Assembly (NCBI GenBank): GCA_902791745.1
Contig: CADAWZ010000002.1
Coordinates: 1-48,571, forward strand
Length of the DNA: 48,571 nucleotides
Direction of reading: 5' to 3'
From: an uncultured bacterium
GTDB taxonomy: Bacteria > Vulcanimicrobiota > CADAWZ01
The notes under the pieces are model-generated. The model made no database searches, was not told the origin of the DNA, and saw nothing but the letters and a program-made list of their open reading frames with translations. Each line of letters opens with the position of its first letter. Positions within the stretch are counted from its first letter, which is position 1. The position numbers were made by a program, and so were the translations under genes. This document shows, one piece after another, positions 36,092 to 44,837 of the stretch.

Positions 36092-36126
36092 GCTATCCAA
36101 CTTTAATTTTTGGATAGCTTTTTTTT
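36092..36126 (+). terminator. Intrinsic terminator
   Basis: GCTATCCAA-CTTTAATTT-TTGGATAGC followed by T8. Confidence 0.85.
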
Positions 36127-36153
36127 GCATTTTTATCTGTAATATGCTATAAT
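36125..36153 (+). promoter_or_regulatory. Sigma-70-type promoter (TTGCAT-17 nt-TATAAT)
   Basis: Near-consensus hexamers, about 115 nt upstream of the 36273 start. Confidence 0.55.
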
Positions 36154-36272
36154 TAAAAAACATAATGCGACTAATTTATTAACTTGGAAATTAAATAATT
36201 GTTTTATTTTCTTCTACGCAAATTATTTAACAACCGACTTAATATTATAAATTATTTTTTAAAGGAGATATT

Positions 36273-36833
36273 ATGTTAAAAAAAATTTTAGGCATTGTTT
36301 TTATATTGTGTATTTTATCTATTTGCATATGTTATGCAGGTGGTTTACCACATGTCAAAATGATAATTGACAGTAAAAGTTACACTGGCTCAAACTCTGC
36401 AACATTGATAAACGGCATGATTTTTGTTCCTGCCAAAATAACTGCAGATAAATTGAAAATCAAATCATATGTTTCAAAAGAAAATGGAAAATCGAGAATC
36501 AAGTTTATTTCGAAAAAAAATACTGTAATTTGTTTTGTTGGTCAAAAACAAATAAATTTAAATGGAAGCAAAAGTTTTATACCATTAGCTCCAGTAATGA
36601 TTGATTCAAGAATTTATATTCCAGTAAGTCTTTTTGAAAATTACTTTGGAATCTCAAGTTCATATAATCCAAAGAAAAATTTCGTCAAATTGTTTTCAAA
36701 TATAAAACCCGAAAAAAAGAAAAAAGCAGATGACGATCCTGCAGGTATGATAAATACTCTTTTACAAGGTGGTTCTTCAACAGAAAAAGAAAAAGATGAC
36801 GATGATGATATTAATATTGATAATATAGAATAG
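36273..36833 (+). CDS. Secreted protein with copper-amine-oxidase-N-terminal-like (stalk) domain and acidic tail
   Basis: Signal peptide ILGIVFILCILSICICYA. Motifs ATLINGMIFVPAKITADKL and MIDSRIYIPVSLFENYFG are typical of that domain as I recall it. RBS GGAG. Confidence 0.55.
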   Translation: MLKKILGIVFILCILSICICYAGGLPHVKMIIDSKSYTGSNSATLINGMIFVPAKITADKLKIKSYVSKENGKSRIKFISKKNTVICFVGQKQINLNGSKSFIPLAPVMIDSRIYIPVSLFENYFGISSSYNPKKNFVKLFSNIKPEKKKKADDDPAGMINTLLQGGSSTEKEKDDDDDINIDNIE

Positions 36834-36966
36834 ATTATCTAATAAACATCTAATAAAAAGGAAAGATATATAATAAAAAAGAATTAAACTAAGTTAAGAC
36901 GAAAAACATATATAAAAAGACAATGACTAAATAATTTAATGAGAAGAGACAGACTGGGAGGACGAT

Positions 36967-37188
36967 TTGGACATAGATAAATCTATAGATGAAGAAGTTG
37001 TGAGTGCAATAACAACGGCTGTTGGATTATGCCTTGAACAAGGTGGCCCAAGAGAGATAATTCAACCGCCTCCTTTTATAATTCTTCCACAGACAATAGC
37101 TCCACAGGCAAGTCCTTGGAGATTTGTTGGAAGATCTGAAAATATGGAAAATCGCAGACTTGTAGGCATGAAAGGTCTTAGATGGTAA
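36967..37188 (+). CDS. Small hypothetical protein upstream of the carboxyltransferase genes (weak OadG-C-terminus-like EEVVSAITTAV motif)
   Basis: TTG start after GGGAGG. 73 aa. Assignment is tentative. Confidence 0.45.
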   Translation: MDIDKSIDEEVVSAITTAVGLCLEQGGPREIIQPPPFIILPQTIAPQASPWRFVGRSENMENRRLVGMKGLRW

Positions 37189-37411
37189 CCATATTATATA
37201 AAAATAAAAAATATGGTTGGGACATCAACCATTGTGGAGAGAACTCATAAGACATCTAATTTTCCAATAGAGGCAAAGTTCGTTAATATCCTAAAATCCC
37301 CTATTAGGGGAATATGTCAAGCTCGCTTAAGCCGTATGACAGCGGTTAATGCTAAAATAGGGAAACTCTTTAATGAGTATGTAAAAAGAAAATCCTTTTA
37401 GGAGGTATTTA

Positions 37412-39355
37412 ATGGAAAGGAAACCCGTTTTAATTTCCGATACAACATTTAGAGATAGTCATCAATCTTCTTTTGCAACAAGACTTAGAATTGAAGATAT
37501 GGAAGCTGTTGCAGATCAGATGAATCGTGCAGGTTTTTATTCTATGGAAGTTTGGGGTGGTGCAACATTTGATGTATGCACAAGATTCCTAAACGAAGAC
37601 CCATGGGAAAGAGCAAGAATACTTAGAAAACTTCTACCAGATGTCAAATTGACAATGCTTTTAAGAGGTCAAAACCTTCTTGGCTATCGCAATTATGCAG
37701 ATGATGTAGTAGAAGCATTTGTTGAAAATGCTGCAGATGTCGGAATAGATATTTTCAGAGTATTTGACGCATTGAATGATGAAAGAAATTATGAGACATC
37801 ATTTAAAGCAATCAAAAAAGCAGGTAAACATATTCAAGCTGCAATGTCATATTCATTGACTCAACCTCGTTTAGGTGGAGAAATATATAATATAGATTAT
37901 TATGTAAACAAAGCAAAGAAATTTGTTGAAATGGGAGCAGACAGTATCTGTATTAAAGATATGGCTGGACTTATGAGTCCTTATGATGCTTTCGATTTAT
38001 TTACAGCTCTCAAAAAAGCTGTAAAAGTCCCTCTTCAGTTACATACCCATTACACAAGTGGTATGGCTTCAATGACTTTATTAAAAGCAATAGAAGCAGG
38101 AGTAGATATTGTTGATACTTGTATTTCAACATTTGGACTTAGAACTTCACAGCCAGCAGTAGAACCAATAGTTGCTGCTCTAAAAGGCACAGAAAGAGAT
38201 CCAAAATTAAATATGGACCTTCTACTTGATGTAGCAAAGAAACTCGAAGAAATCAGCCCAAAATACAGAAAATACAGAGACACAACAAAGATGTCTGTCA
38301 TTGATCCAGGTGTTTTGAAACATCAAATCCCAGGTGGAATGGCAACAAATTTAGTAAATCAACTCAGAGAAATGCAGGCTCTTGACAAACTTCAAGATGT
38401 ATATAAAGAACTTCCACAGACAAGAGCAGATTTAGGCTATCCTCCACTTGTTACACCTACAAGTCAAATGGTTGGAACACAAGCTGTACAAAATGTACTT
38501 TTTGGCAGATACAAAATAATATCTGCACAGGTAAAAGATTACATTTATGGTCTCTATGGCAAACCACCAGTTCCTGTAAAAGAAGAACTTCAGAGACTCG
38601 CTTTGAGAGATTATCCAAAGGGTTCTAAACCTATTACTTGCAGAGCAGCAGATATGCTTCAACCTGAAATGCCAGAAGCAATAAAGACAGTTGCTCCTAT
38701 TTCAAGTGATATAAAAGATGTATTGACATATGTATTATTCCCAATGACAGGTCTCAGATTCTTAAAATGGAAATATGGACTTGAAACACCTCCAGAGGAA
38801 GTAAAGCCAACAACACTTGAAGATGTTGCAAAAGAAGATGAAATAATAAAGAAAGCACTTTCAGGTGAACTTTCAGATAAGCCAAAAGTTGAAAAGACAG
38901 AATTTATGAGAGAATTCAATGTATTTGTAAATGAATCTCCATATAAAGTTCTCGTTGAAGAAGTTGGTGGAAGTCCTGTTATTACATCAGTAAGAAGAGC
39001 TGTTCCTCCAGTAAGACAAGAGCCAAAGCCTGAAGTCAAAAAAGAAACTCCAAAACCAGTTGCAAAACCAGCTCCTAAGGTTGAAGAGAAAAAAGTATCC
39101 CCTGCCCCTGTTACTCAAGCCAAAGCTGAAGCAGGTGATATAGAAATAAAAGCTCCGATGCCTGGTCTTCTCGTTCGCTATGAAAAGAAAATTGGAGATG
39201 AAATCAAAAAAGATGAACCAGTTGCAACTATTGAAGCAATGAAAATGCAGATGGCTGTAAATGCAACAGAAAGTGGAGTAATAAAGGCTCTCAATTTCTC
39301 TGCTGGTTCTTCTGTTGAAAAAGATGCAGTTCTTGCTATTATAACTGTGAAGTAA
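37412..39355 (+). CDS. Pyruvate/oxaloacetate carboxyltransferase (transcarboxylase 5S / OadA / PycB-like) fused to a C-terminal biotinyl carrier domain
   Basis: TFRDSHQS, TIM-barrel carboxyltransferase motifs, P/A/K linker (PKPVAKPAPKVEEKK). The C-terminal lipoyl/biotinyl fold carries IEAMKMQ (biotin lysine). RBS AGGAGG. Confidence 0.9.
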   Translation: MERKPVLISDTTFRDSHQSSFATRLRIEDMEAVADQMNRAGFYSMEVWGGATFDVCTRFLNEDPWERARILRKLLPDVKLTMLLRGQNLLGYRNYADDVVEAFVENAADVGIDIFRVFDALNDERNYETSFKAIKKAGKHIQAAMSYSLTQPRLGGEIYNIDYYVNKAKKFVEMGADSICIKDMAGLMSPYDAFDLFTALKKAVKVPLQLHTHYTSGMASMTLLKAIEAGVDIVDTCISTFGLRTSQPAVEPIVAALKGTERDPKLNMDLLLDVAKKLEEISPKYRKYRDTTKMSVIDPGVLKHQIPGGMATNLVNQLREMQALDKLQDVYKELPQTRADLGYPPLVTPTSQMVGTQAVQNVLFGRYKIISAQVKDYIYGLYGKPPVPVKEELQRLALRDYPKGSKPITCRAADMLQPEMPEAIKTVAPISSDIKDVLTYVLFPMTGLRFLKWKYGLETPPEEVKPTTLEDVAKEDEIIKKALSGELSDKPKVEKTEFMREFNVFVNESPYKVLVEEVGGSPVITSVRRAVPPVRQEPKPEVKKETPKPVAKPAPKVEEKKVSPAPVTQAKAEAGDIEIKAPMPGLLVRYEKKIGDEIKKDEPVATIEAMKMQMAVNATESGVIKALNFSAGSSVEKDAVLAIITVK

Positions 39356-39375
39356 TTGATAGGAGCAATTTGTGA

Positions 39376-40911
39376 ATGGATAGATTGACCAAATTAGAAG
39401 AAATGAATGCCGAAGCCGAATTAGCTGGTGGTATTGACAAAATAGAAAAACAGCATGCAAAAGGCAAACTCACTGCAAGAGAAAGAATAATAAAACTACT
39501 CGATGAAGATACATTTATGGAGCTTGACAAGTTTGTAACACACCAATGCCAAGATTTTGGTGTTGAAAAGATTTTAGGCGATGGTGTTATAACAGGCTAT
39601 GGTAAAATAAATGGGCGTCTTGTATATGTTTTCGCACAGGATTTTACAGTTTTTGGCGGTGCTTTGAGTGGAGCATATGGTCGTAAAATTTGCAAAATAA
39701 TGGATTTGGCTATGAAAAATGGAGCTCCTGTAATTGGTTTAAACGATTCAGGTGGTGCAAGAATCCAAGAAGGTGTTGTAAGTCTTGCAGGATATGGCGA
39801 GATCTTCAATAGAAATGTACTTGCTTCTGGTGTTGTTCCTCAACTTTCAGTCATAATGGGTCCTTGTGCAGGTGGTGCTGTATATTCGCCTTCAATCACA
39901 GATTTTATCGTAATGGTTGACAAGACAAGCCACATGTTTATAACTGGTCCAGAAGTCATAAAAGCAGTAACAGGTGAAGATGTTACACAAGATAGACTTG
40001 GCGGAGCTTCAACACATGGCTCAGTAAGTGGTGTCTCACATTTTGCCGTAGGTACAGATGAGGATGCTCTTAATTTAATAAGAGAACTTTTAAAGTATAT
40101 TCCACAGAATAACTTACAAGATCCTCCAGTTGTCGTATGCAATGATGATCCAAACAGACTTGAAGAGAGGCTTCGTACAATAGTTCCTGAAGATTCAGGT
40201 AAACCCTATGATATGAAGGAACTTTTAAAGCTTGTTCTTGATGACAATTATCTTCTCGAAGTCCATGAAAATTATGCAAAAAATATAATTGTTGGCTTTG
40301 GAAGACTTGCTGGTAATTCAGTTGGAATAGTTGCAAATAATCCAATGTATCTTGCAGGTTGTCTTGATATCAAAGCCTCTACAAAAGCAGCAAGATTTGT
40401 AAGATTCTGTGATGCCTTCAACATTCCACTTATTACATTTGTAGATGTTCCTGGATTTATGCCTGGAACTGAACAAGAATATGGCGGAATTATCACACAC
40501 GGTGCAAAATTGTTATATGCTTTCACTGAAGCAACAGTTCCAAAAATTACTGTAATTGTCAGAAAAGCCTATGGTGGTGCTTATGATGTTATGGCAAGCA
40601 AACACATCAGAGCAGACATCAATTTTGCATTCCCTTCCGCAGAAGTAGCTGTTATGGGAGCAGACGGAGCTGTAAAAATTATCTTTAGAAAACAGATAAA
40701 AGAAAGTGCAACTCCAAAAGAGACACAGGCAGAACTTGTAGCAGAATACAAAGATAAATTTGCAAATCCATACAGAGCTGCAGAGCTTGGCTATATTGAT
40801 GAAGTCATAGACCCATTATATACAAGACCAAAATTGATAATAGCACTTGACAGCTTGAGAAGTAAGAGAGAAAGTTTGCCACCAAAGAAACACGGCAATA
40901 TTCCTCTATAA
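39376..40911 (+). CDS. Methylmalonyl-CoA carboxyltransferase 12S subunit / propionyl-CoA carboxylase beta family
   Basis: Colinear with Propionibacterium 12S as I recall it: [60 protein letters not shown]. Confidence 0.92.
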   Translation: MDRLTKLEEMNAEAELAGGIDKIEKQHAKGKLTARERIIKLLDEDTFMELDKFVTHQCQDFGVEKILGDGVITGYGKINGRLVYVFAQDFTVFGGALSGAYGRKICKIMDLAMKNGAPVIGLNDSGGARIQEGVVSLAGYGEIFNRNVLASGVVPQLSVIMGPCAGGAVYSPSITDFIVMVDKTSHMFITGPEVIKAVTGEDVTQDRLGGASTHGSVSGVSHFAVGTDEDALNLIRELLKYIPQNNLQDPPVVVCNDDPNRLEERLRTIVPEDSGKPYDMKELLKLVLDDNYLLEVHENYAKNIIVGFGRLAGNSVGIVANNPMYLAGCLDIKASTKAARFVRFCDAFNIPLITFVDVPGFMPGTEQEYGGIITHGAKLLYAFTEATVPKITVIVRKAYGGAYDVMASKHIRADINFAFPSAEVAVMGADGAVKIIFRKQIKESATPKETQAELVAEYKDKFANPYRAAELGYIDEVIDPLYTRPKLIIALDSLRSKRESLPPKKHGNIPL

Positions 40912-40926
40912 ATTAGCATTACTATT

Positions 40927-40970
40927 AATCCTCTACTTTATCTTCTATGTTGAAGTAGAGGATTTTTTTT
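40927..40970 (+). terminator. Intrinsic terminator
   Basis: AATCCTCTACTT-14 nt-AAGTAGAGGATT followed by T8. Confidence 0.85.
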
Positions 40971-41033
40971 AGAATGAAAAAATTTGACATTCAAATAAAT
41001 TTATGTAATAATATTTAATAACTCAGATTAAAT

Positions 41034-42318
41034 CATAAATTTCAACCTAAAAGGTGGACAAATATTATGATGGAATGGTGGGAATCACTTACTTTATTAC
41101 AAAAAATATTTGTAGGTTCTGCAATCCCTTCAAGTTTATTTATAATACTCTCATATACATTGTCATTTGATGTTGACGCTACTTTTGACAATTTTTTTGA
41201 CTTCAATATAGATGATCCACTTGGCATATTTAATTTGAGAGGATTTATGTCATTTTTATCTATAGGTGGTTTAACAGGTTATGGATTGACACTATCCTCC
41301 AATTTATCACATCTCATAGCTATAATAGGAGCATTAATATCAGGTGTAATAGCAGCAAAGGCAACAAGTTCTTTAACGAATTTTCTTATGAAAACAGATT
41401 CTAATGGAAATATAAAAACGGAAAATGCGATAGGACAACGTGGAGAAGTATATTTAACTATCCCAGCAAATGGAAAAGATCAAGGAAAAGTAAATGTTTT
41501 AGTACAAGGAAAATTAGTAGAATTCAATGCAATAACAAATAAAGGTGTTGAATTAAAAACAGGTGAAACAATAGCTGTTATAGATATAAAAAAAGACAAT
41601 GTTCTTGTTGTAGAATCAGATTCGAACTATCTAAAAGAACCTGATATTTTGGAGTGAAAAAAAGACTTTTACACAATAGGACAAAGGTGAAATAAAAGTT
41701 ATAAATTTCGACCAAAAAGGGGGCAAAAATATTATGATGGAATGGTGGGAAGCACTTACTTTGTTACAAAAAATTTTTGTAGGTTGTGCAGTACCTTCAA
41801 GTTTATTTATATTACTAACATTTGCATTATCTTGTATCACACTTGATGCTGAATTTCATCATGGTAATTTTGACCTCGATTTAGACGATCCATTCGGCAT
41901 ATTTAATTTAAGAGGATTTATGACATTTTTAGCTATAGGTGGAATAACAGGTTATGGATTAACACTATCCTCCAAGTTATCACCTCTCATAGCTATAGCA
42001 GGAGCATTAGGTGCAGGTTTAATAGCAGGAAAAACAACAACTGCATTAATGAACTATCTAATGAAAACAGATTCTAATGGAAATATAAAAACTGAAAATG
42101 CAATAGGAAAAAGAGGAGAAGTATATTTAACTATTCCAGCAAATGGAAAAGGACAAGGAAAAGTAAATGTTTTAGTACAAGGAAAATTAGTAGAATTTGA
42201 TGCTATAACTAATAAAGGTGTTGAGTTAAAAACAGGTGATACAATAGCTGTTATAGACATTAAAGAAGGCAATGTCCTTGTAGTTGAGTCTGATATAAAT
42301 TACATAAAAGAACCTGAT
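41034..42318 (+). repeat. Tandem direct duplication (~667-nt unit) comprising RBS plus an NfeD-like gene
   Basis: ataaatttcaacctaaaaggtggacaaatattatgatggaatggtggga (41034-) versus ataaatttcgaccaaaaagggggcaaaaatattatgatggaatggtggga (41701-). The encoded proteins are ~75-80% identical by eye and near-identical over the C-terminal 90 aa. Confidence 0.9.
41067..41657 (+). CDS. NfeD/YqiJ-like membrane protein, copy 1
   Basis: N-terminal TM segments plus a C-terminal OB-fold-like segment (GEVYLTIPANGKDQGKVNVLVQGKLVEFNAI...GETIAVIDI). Lies upstream of SPFH genes, as in yqiJ-yqiK and yuaF-floT. Confidence 0.7.
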   Translation: MMEWWESLTLLQKIFVGSAIPSSLFIILSYTLSFDVDATFDNFFDFNIDDPLGIFNLRGFMSFLSIGGLTGYGLTLSSNLSHLIAIIGALISGVIAAKATSSLTNFLMKTDSNGNIKTENAIGQRGEVYLTIPANGKDQGKVNVLVQGKLVEFNAITNKGVELKTGETIAVIDIKKDNVLVVESDSNYLKEPDILE

Positions 42319-42390
42319 ATTTTAAAAGGCTCTGAAACATCAGAGTCTGATGTAAATTATCTAAAAGAACCTGAAACTTTAAAGGAATAA
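41734..42390 (+). CDS. NfeD/YqiJ-like membrane protein, copy 2 (extended C-terminus)
   Basis: Paralogue of 41067..41657. The C-terminal peptide NYIKEPDIL is repeated as NYLKEPETL. Confidence 0.7.
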   Translation: MMEWWEALTLLQKIFVGCAVPSSLFILLTFALSCITLDAEFHHGNFDLDLDDPFGIFNLRGFMTFLAIGGITGYGLTLSSKLSPLIAIAGALGAGLIAGKTTTALMNYLMKTDSNGNIKTENAIGKRGEVYLTIPANGKGQGKVNVLVQGKLVEFDAITNKGVELKTGDTIAVIDIKEGNVLVVESDINYIKEPDILKGSETSESDVNYLKEPETLKE

Positions 42391-42414
42391 AATGATATAG
42401 AAAAAGGGAAAAGC

Positions 42415-42975
42415 ATGGAAATAAATTTAATAATTATATTTATAATGTTGATTATGTGTATTTCAATGTTTGCATATACAATATCAAGATACAAAAAATG
42501 TCCACCTGGTAAAATACTTGTAGTTTATGGACAAACAGGAGGAGCCCCTAAATACATCACAAATGGCGTTATATTTATCTTGCCAATAATACAAAATTAT
42601 ACATATCTTGATTTAGCTCCTATGGCTATTGACATAGTTTTAAAAAATGCACTTAGTTTGGACAATACAAGAATAGATATATCTTTTATGGTTACAATAG
42701 CTATTTCAAATGACCCAGGTGTAATTGACAATGCTGTTGAAAGAATTTTAGGTCAAAATCAAGAAGCAATTCAATCAATGGCAAAAGATATTATTTTAGG
42801 TCAAAGCAGACTTATAATAGCACAGACTAATCCAAATGATTTAAAAAAGAACTTAGACAAATTTATTAGTTTAATTTTCCAAAATGTAGATTATGAACTT
42901 AAAAAACTTGGTTTAAAATTAATAAATATAAACATCAATAGCATAATTGATGAAGGTGGAAAAAGATTAATCTAA
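42415..42975 (+). CDS. SPFH (band-7) domain-only protein, flotillin N-terminal-half paralogue
   Basis: One TM segment plus an SPFH domain, alignable residue-for-residue to aa 1-185 of the next gene (SRYKKCPPGKILVVYGQTGG / SRYRTCPSDKVLVVYGQTGG; LGLKLININ / IGLKLINVN). It stops where the coiled coil would begin. Own RBS. Confidence 0.75.
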   Translation: MEINLIIIFIMLIMCISMFAYTISRYKKCPPGKILVVYGQTGGAPKYITNGVIFILPIIQNYTYLDLAPMAIDIVLKNALSLDNTRIDISFMVTIAISNDPGVIDNAVERILGQNQEAIQSMAKDIILGQSRLIIAQTNPNDLKKNLDKFISLIFQNVDYELKKLGLKLINININSIIDEGGKRLI

Positions 42976-43068
42976 AAACAAATTTAAAGGAAATTTTGTA
43001 GAAAAAATAGAAAAAAAAGATATATAAAATTAATAAATATTCATAAAATAAATAAAAGGAGAGTTTTT

Positions 43069-44760
43069 ATGGGAATTGGAACTATACTAATTATAATTGG
43101 AGCTGTTGTATTGTTAAGCGGTTTTGGCTATCTATTCTCAAGATATAGAACATGTCCTTCGGATAAAGTTCTTGTTGTATATGGTCAAACAGGCGGAAAT
43201 AGAGCTTCTAATTGTATCCATGGTGGTGGAAAATTTGTATTACCAGTAATTCAAGATTATCAATATCTTGATTTAACCCCTATAGGTATAAGTGTTGACC
43301 TCAAAAATGCCCTTTCTAAACAGAACATCAGAGTCGATGTTCCTTCAAAATTCACAGTAGGTATATCAACTGAACCTGGTGTAATGGAAAATGCTGCTGA
43401 AAGACTTTTAGGTCAAAGTCAACAAGCAATCCAAGATATGGCAAAAGATATTATTTTCGGTCAACTCAGACTTGTCATAGCACAAATGGATATTGAAGAA
43501 ATTAACTCAAATAGAGATAAACTTCTCCAACAAGTTTCAACAAATGTAGATACAGAACTTAGAAAAATAGGTTTAAAACTCATCAACGTTAACATAACTG
43601 ATATTATAGATGAATCAGGATATATTGCAGCTCTCGGTCAAGAAGCAACAGCAAAAGCTATAAACGATGCTAAGATTTCAGTTGCTGAAGCTAATAAAAA
43701 CGGTGCAATCGGTGAATCAAAAGCTAAAAAAGAGCAGAGAATTCAAGTAGCACAAGCTGAAGCAGAAACACTTGCTGGAGAAGCTGATGCAAAACAACAA
43801 CAAAGAATTCAAGTAGCAAATGCTGAAGCAGCAGCACTCGCTGGAGAAGCTGAAGCCAGACAAAAACAGAGAATTCAAGTAGCAAATGCAGAAGCAACAG
43901 CACTTGCTGGAGAAGCCGAAGCTAAGAAAGCACAGAGAATTAAAGTAGCACAAGCTGATTCTTTAGCAATCATTGGAGAAAACGAAGCTGATGCAAAGAT
44001 CGCTGAATCAAACGCAACATTGAGAGAACGCAAAGCTGAAGCAGCAAGAAGAGCTAACACAGCTGAAAAAATTAAAATTGCACAAGTCAACCAAGAATCA
44101 TATATAGCAGAAAAAGAAGCAGAAAATGCACGTGCTCAGAAAGAGCATGCAACATTGGAAGCTGATGTCCTCGTAAAAGCAACAATCGCTGGAAAAGAAA
44201 AAGAGATTCAAGCTCAAGCTGAAGCTGAACAAATCAGAATTAAAGCCCAAGGTGAAGCTGATGCTATATTCTCAAGAATGCAAGCTGAAGCTCGTGGTGT
44301 TCAAGAAATGCTTTCTAAACAGGCTGCTGGTATCGCTGAATATGTAAGAGCTGCTGGTGGAACATCTGAAGATGCTCTCAGAATGATGATAGCTGATAAG
44401 ATCGAAACATTGCTTTCAACTCAGGTTGAAGCTATTAAGAATATCAAGATTGATAAGGTTACTGTTTGGGACGGTGGAAATGGCAATTCAGACAGCAACA
44501 CATCAACAGCTAATTTCATATCTGGAATGATGAAAGCTGTACCTCCAATGAGCGAAATCTTTAACATGGCAGGATTGGAAATTCCTTCATATTTAGGTGA
44601 AAAAGCAAAAACTGCTACTGTAACAAGAGTCGCACAACCTGCAACACAGGCAAGAGTAGCAGCACCTGCAACAACAGCAACAAGACCTGCAACAACAACA
44701 GCAACTACTACAGTAGCAAGACCAGCTACTGCAACACAAACAACAGCTGTTAAAAGATAA
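43069..44760 (+). CDS. Flotillin (YqiK/FloT-like SPFH protein) with A/E-repeat coiled coil and A/T/P-rich tail
   Basis: TM plus SPFH domain, then EA-rich repeats, then a flotillin C-terminal region. RBS GGAGAG. Confidence 0.88.
   Translation: MGIGTILIIIGAVVLLSGFGYLFSRYRTCPSDKVLVVYGQTGGNRASNCIHGGGKFVLPVIQDYQYLDLTPIGISVDLKNALSKQNIRVDVPSKFTVGISTEPGVMENAAERLLGQSQQAIQDMAKDIIFGQLRLVIAQMDIEEINSNRDKLLQQVSTNVDTELRKIGLKLINVNITDIIDESGYIAALGQEATAKAINDAKISVAEANKNGAIGESKAKKEQRIQVAQAEAETLAGEADAKQQQRIQVANAEAAALAGEAEARQKQRIQVANAEATALAGEAEAKKAQRIKVAQADSLAIIGENEADAKIAESNATLRERKAEAARRANTAEKIKIAQVNQESYIAEKEAENARAQKEHATLEADVLVKATIAGKEKEIQAQAEAEQIRIKAQGEADAIFSRMQAEARGVQEMLSKQAAGIAEYVRAAGGTSEDALRMMIADKIETLLSTQVEAIKNIKIDKVTVWDGGNGNSDSNTSTANFISGMMKAVPPMSEIFNMAGLEIPSYLGEKAKTATVTRVAQPATQARVAAPATTATRPATTTATTTVARPATATQTTAVKR
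43732..43950 (+). repeat. In-frame ~66-nt tandem repeats (about 3.3 copies; QRIQVA(Q/N)AEAxxLAGEAEAxx)
   Basis: Read directly in the flotillin coiled-coil region. Copies are diverged at synonymous and a few non-synonymous sites. Confidence 0.85.
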
Positions 44761-44776
44761 AATAAAGTCTTAAATC

Positions 44777-44816
44777 AAAAAATCCCTTCCCAAATTTAAT
44801 TGAGAAGGGATTTTTT
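44777..44816. terminator. Bidirectional intrinsic terminator
   Basis: AAAAAATCCCTTC-14 nt-GAAGGGATTTTTT, between the convergent flotillin and hpf genes. Confidence 0.85.
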
Positions 44817-44837
44817 ATGTTTTATCCACTACAGCTT

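Noticed and set aside
37213-37401. 62-aa ORF between the small ORF and the 5S carboxyltransferase gene
   Set aside because: No Shine-Dalgarno sequence upstream (aaaataaaaaat ATG) and no recognisable family. The region is better explained as a structured leader (listed as a low-confidence finding).
38987-39460. 157-aa minus-strand ORF crossing the 5S/12S gene junction, plus other antisense ORFs within 38050-40526
   Set aside because: They lie opposite two very confidently assigned, highly conserved carboxyltransferase genes. The relatively GC-rich coding sequence yields long shadow ORFs.
41655-41657. TGA stops (NfeD copy 1; also the methylase at 46329-46331) as possible evidence for a recoded genetic code
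   Set aside because: Trp is consistently TGG. Read-through of these TGAs reaches another stop within a few codons and does not join the downstream frames. All conserved genes have normal lengths under code 11.
42415-42975. SPFH-only gene as a pseudogene (truncated flotillin)
   Set aside because: It has its own RBS and an intact frame. It ends cleanly at the domain boundary, and the 93-nt downstream spacer shows no remnant of coiled-coil coding sequence. It is ~50% diverged from the full-length copy rather than recently broken. I keep it as a CDS, but comparative data could overturn this.
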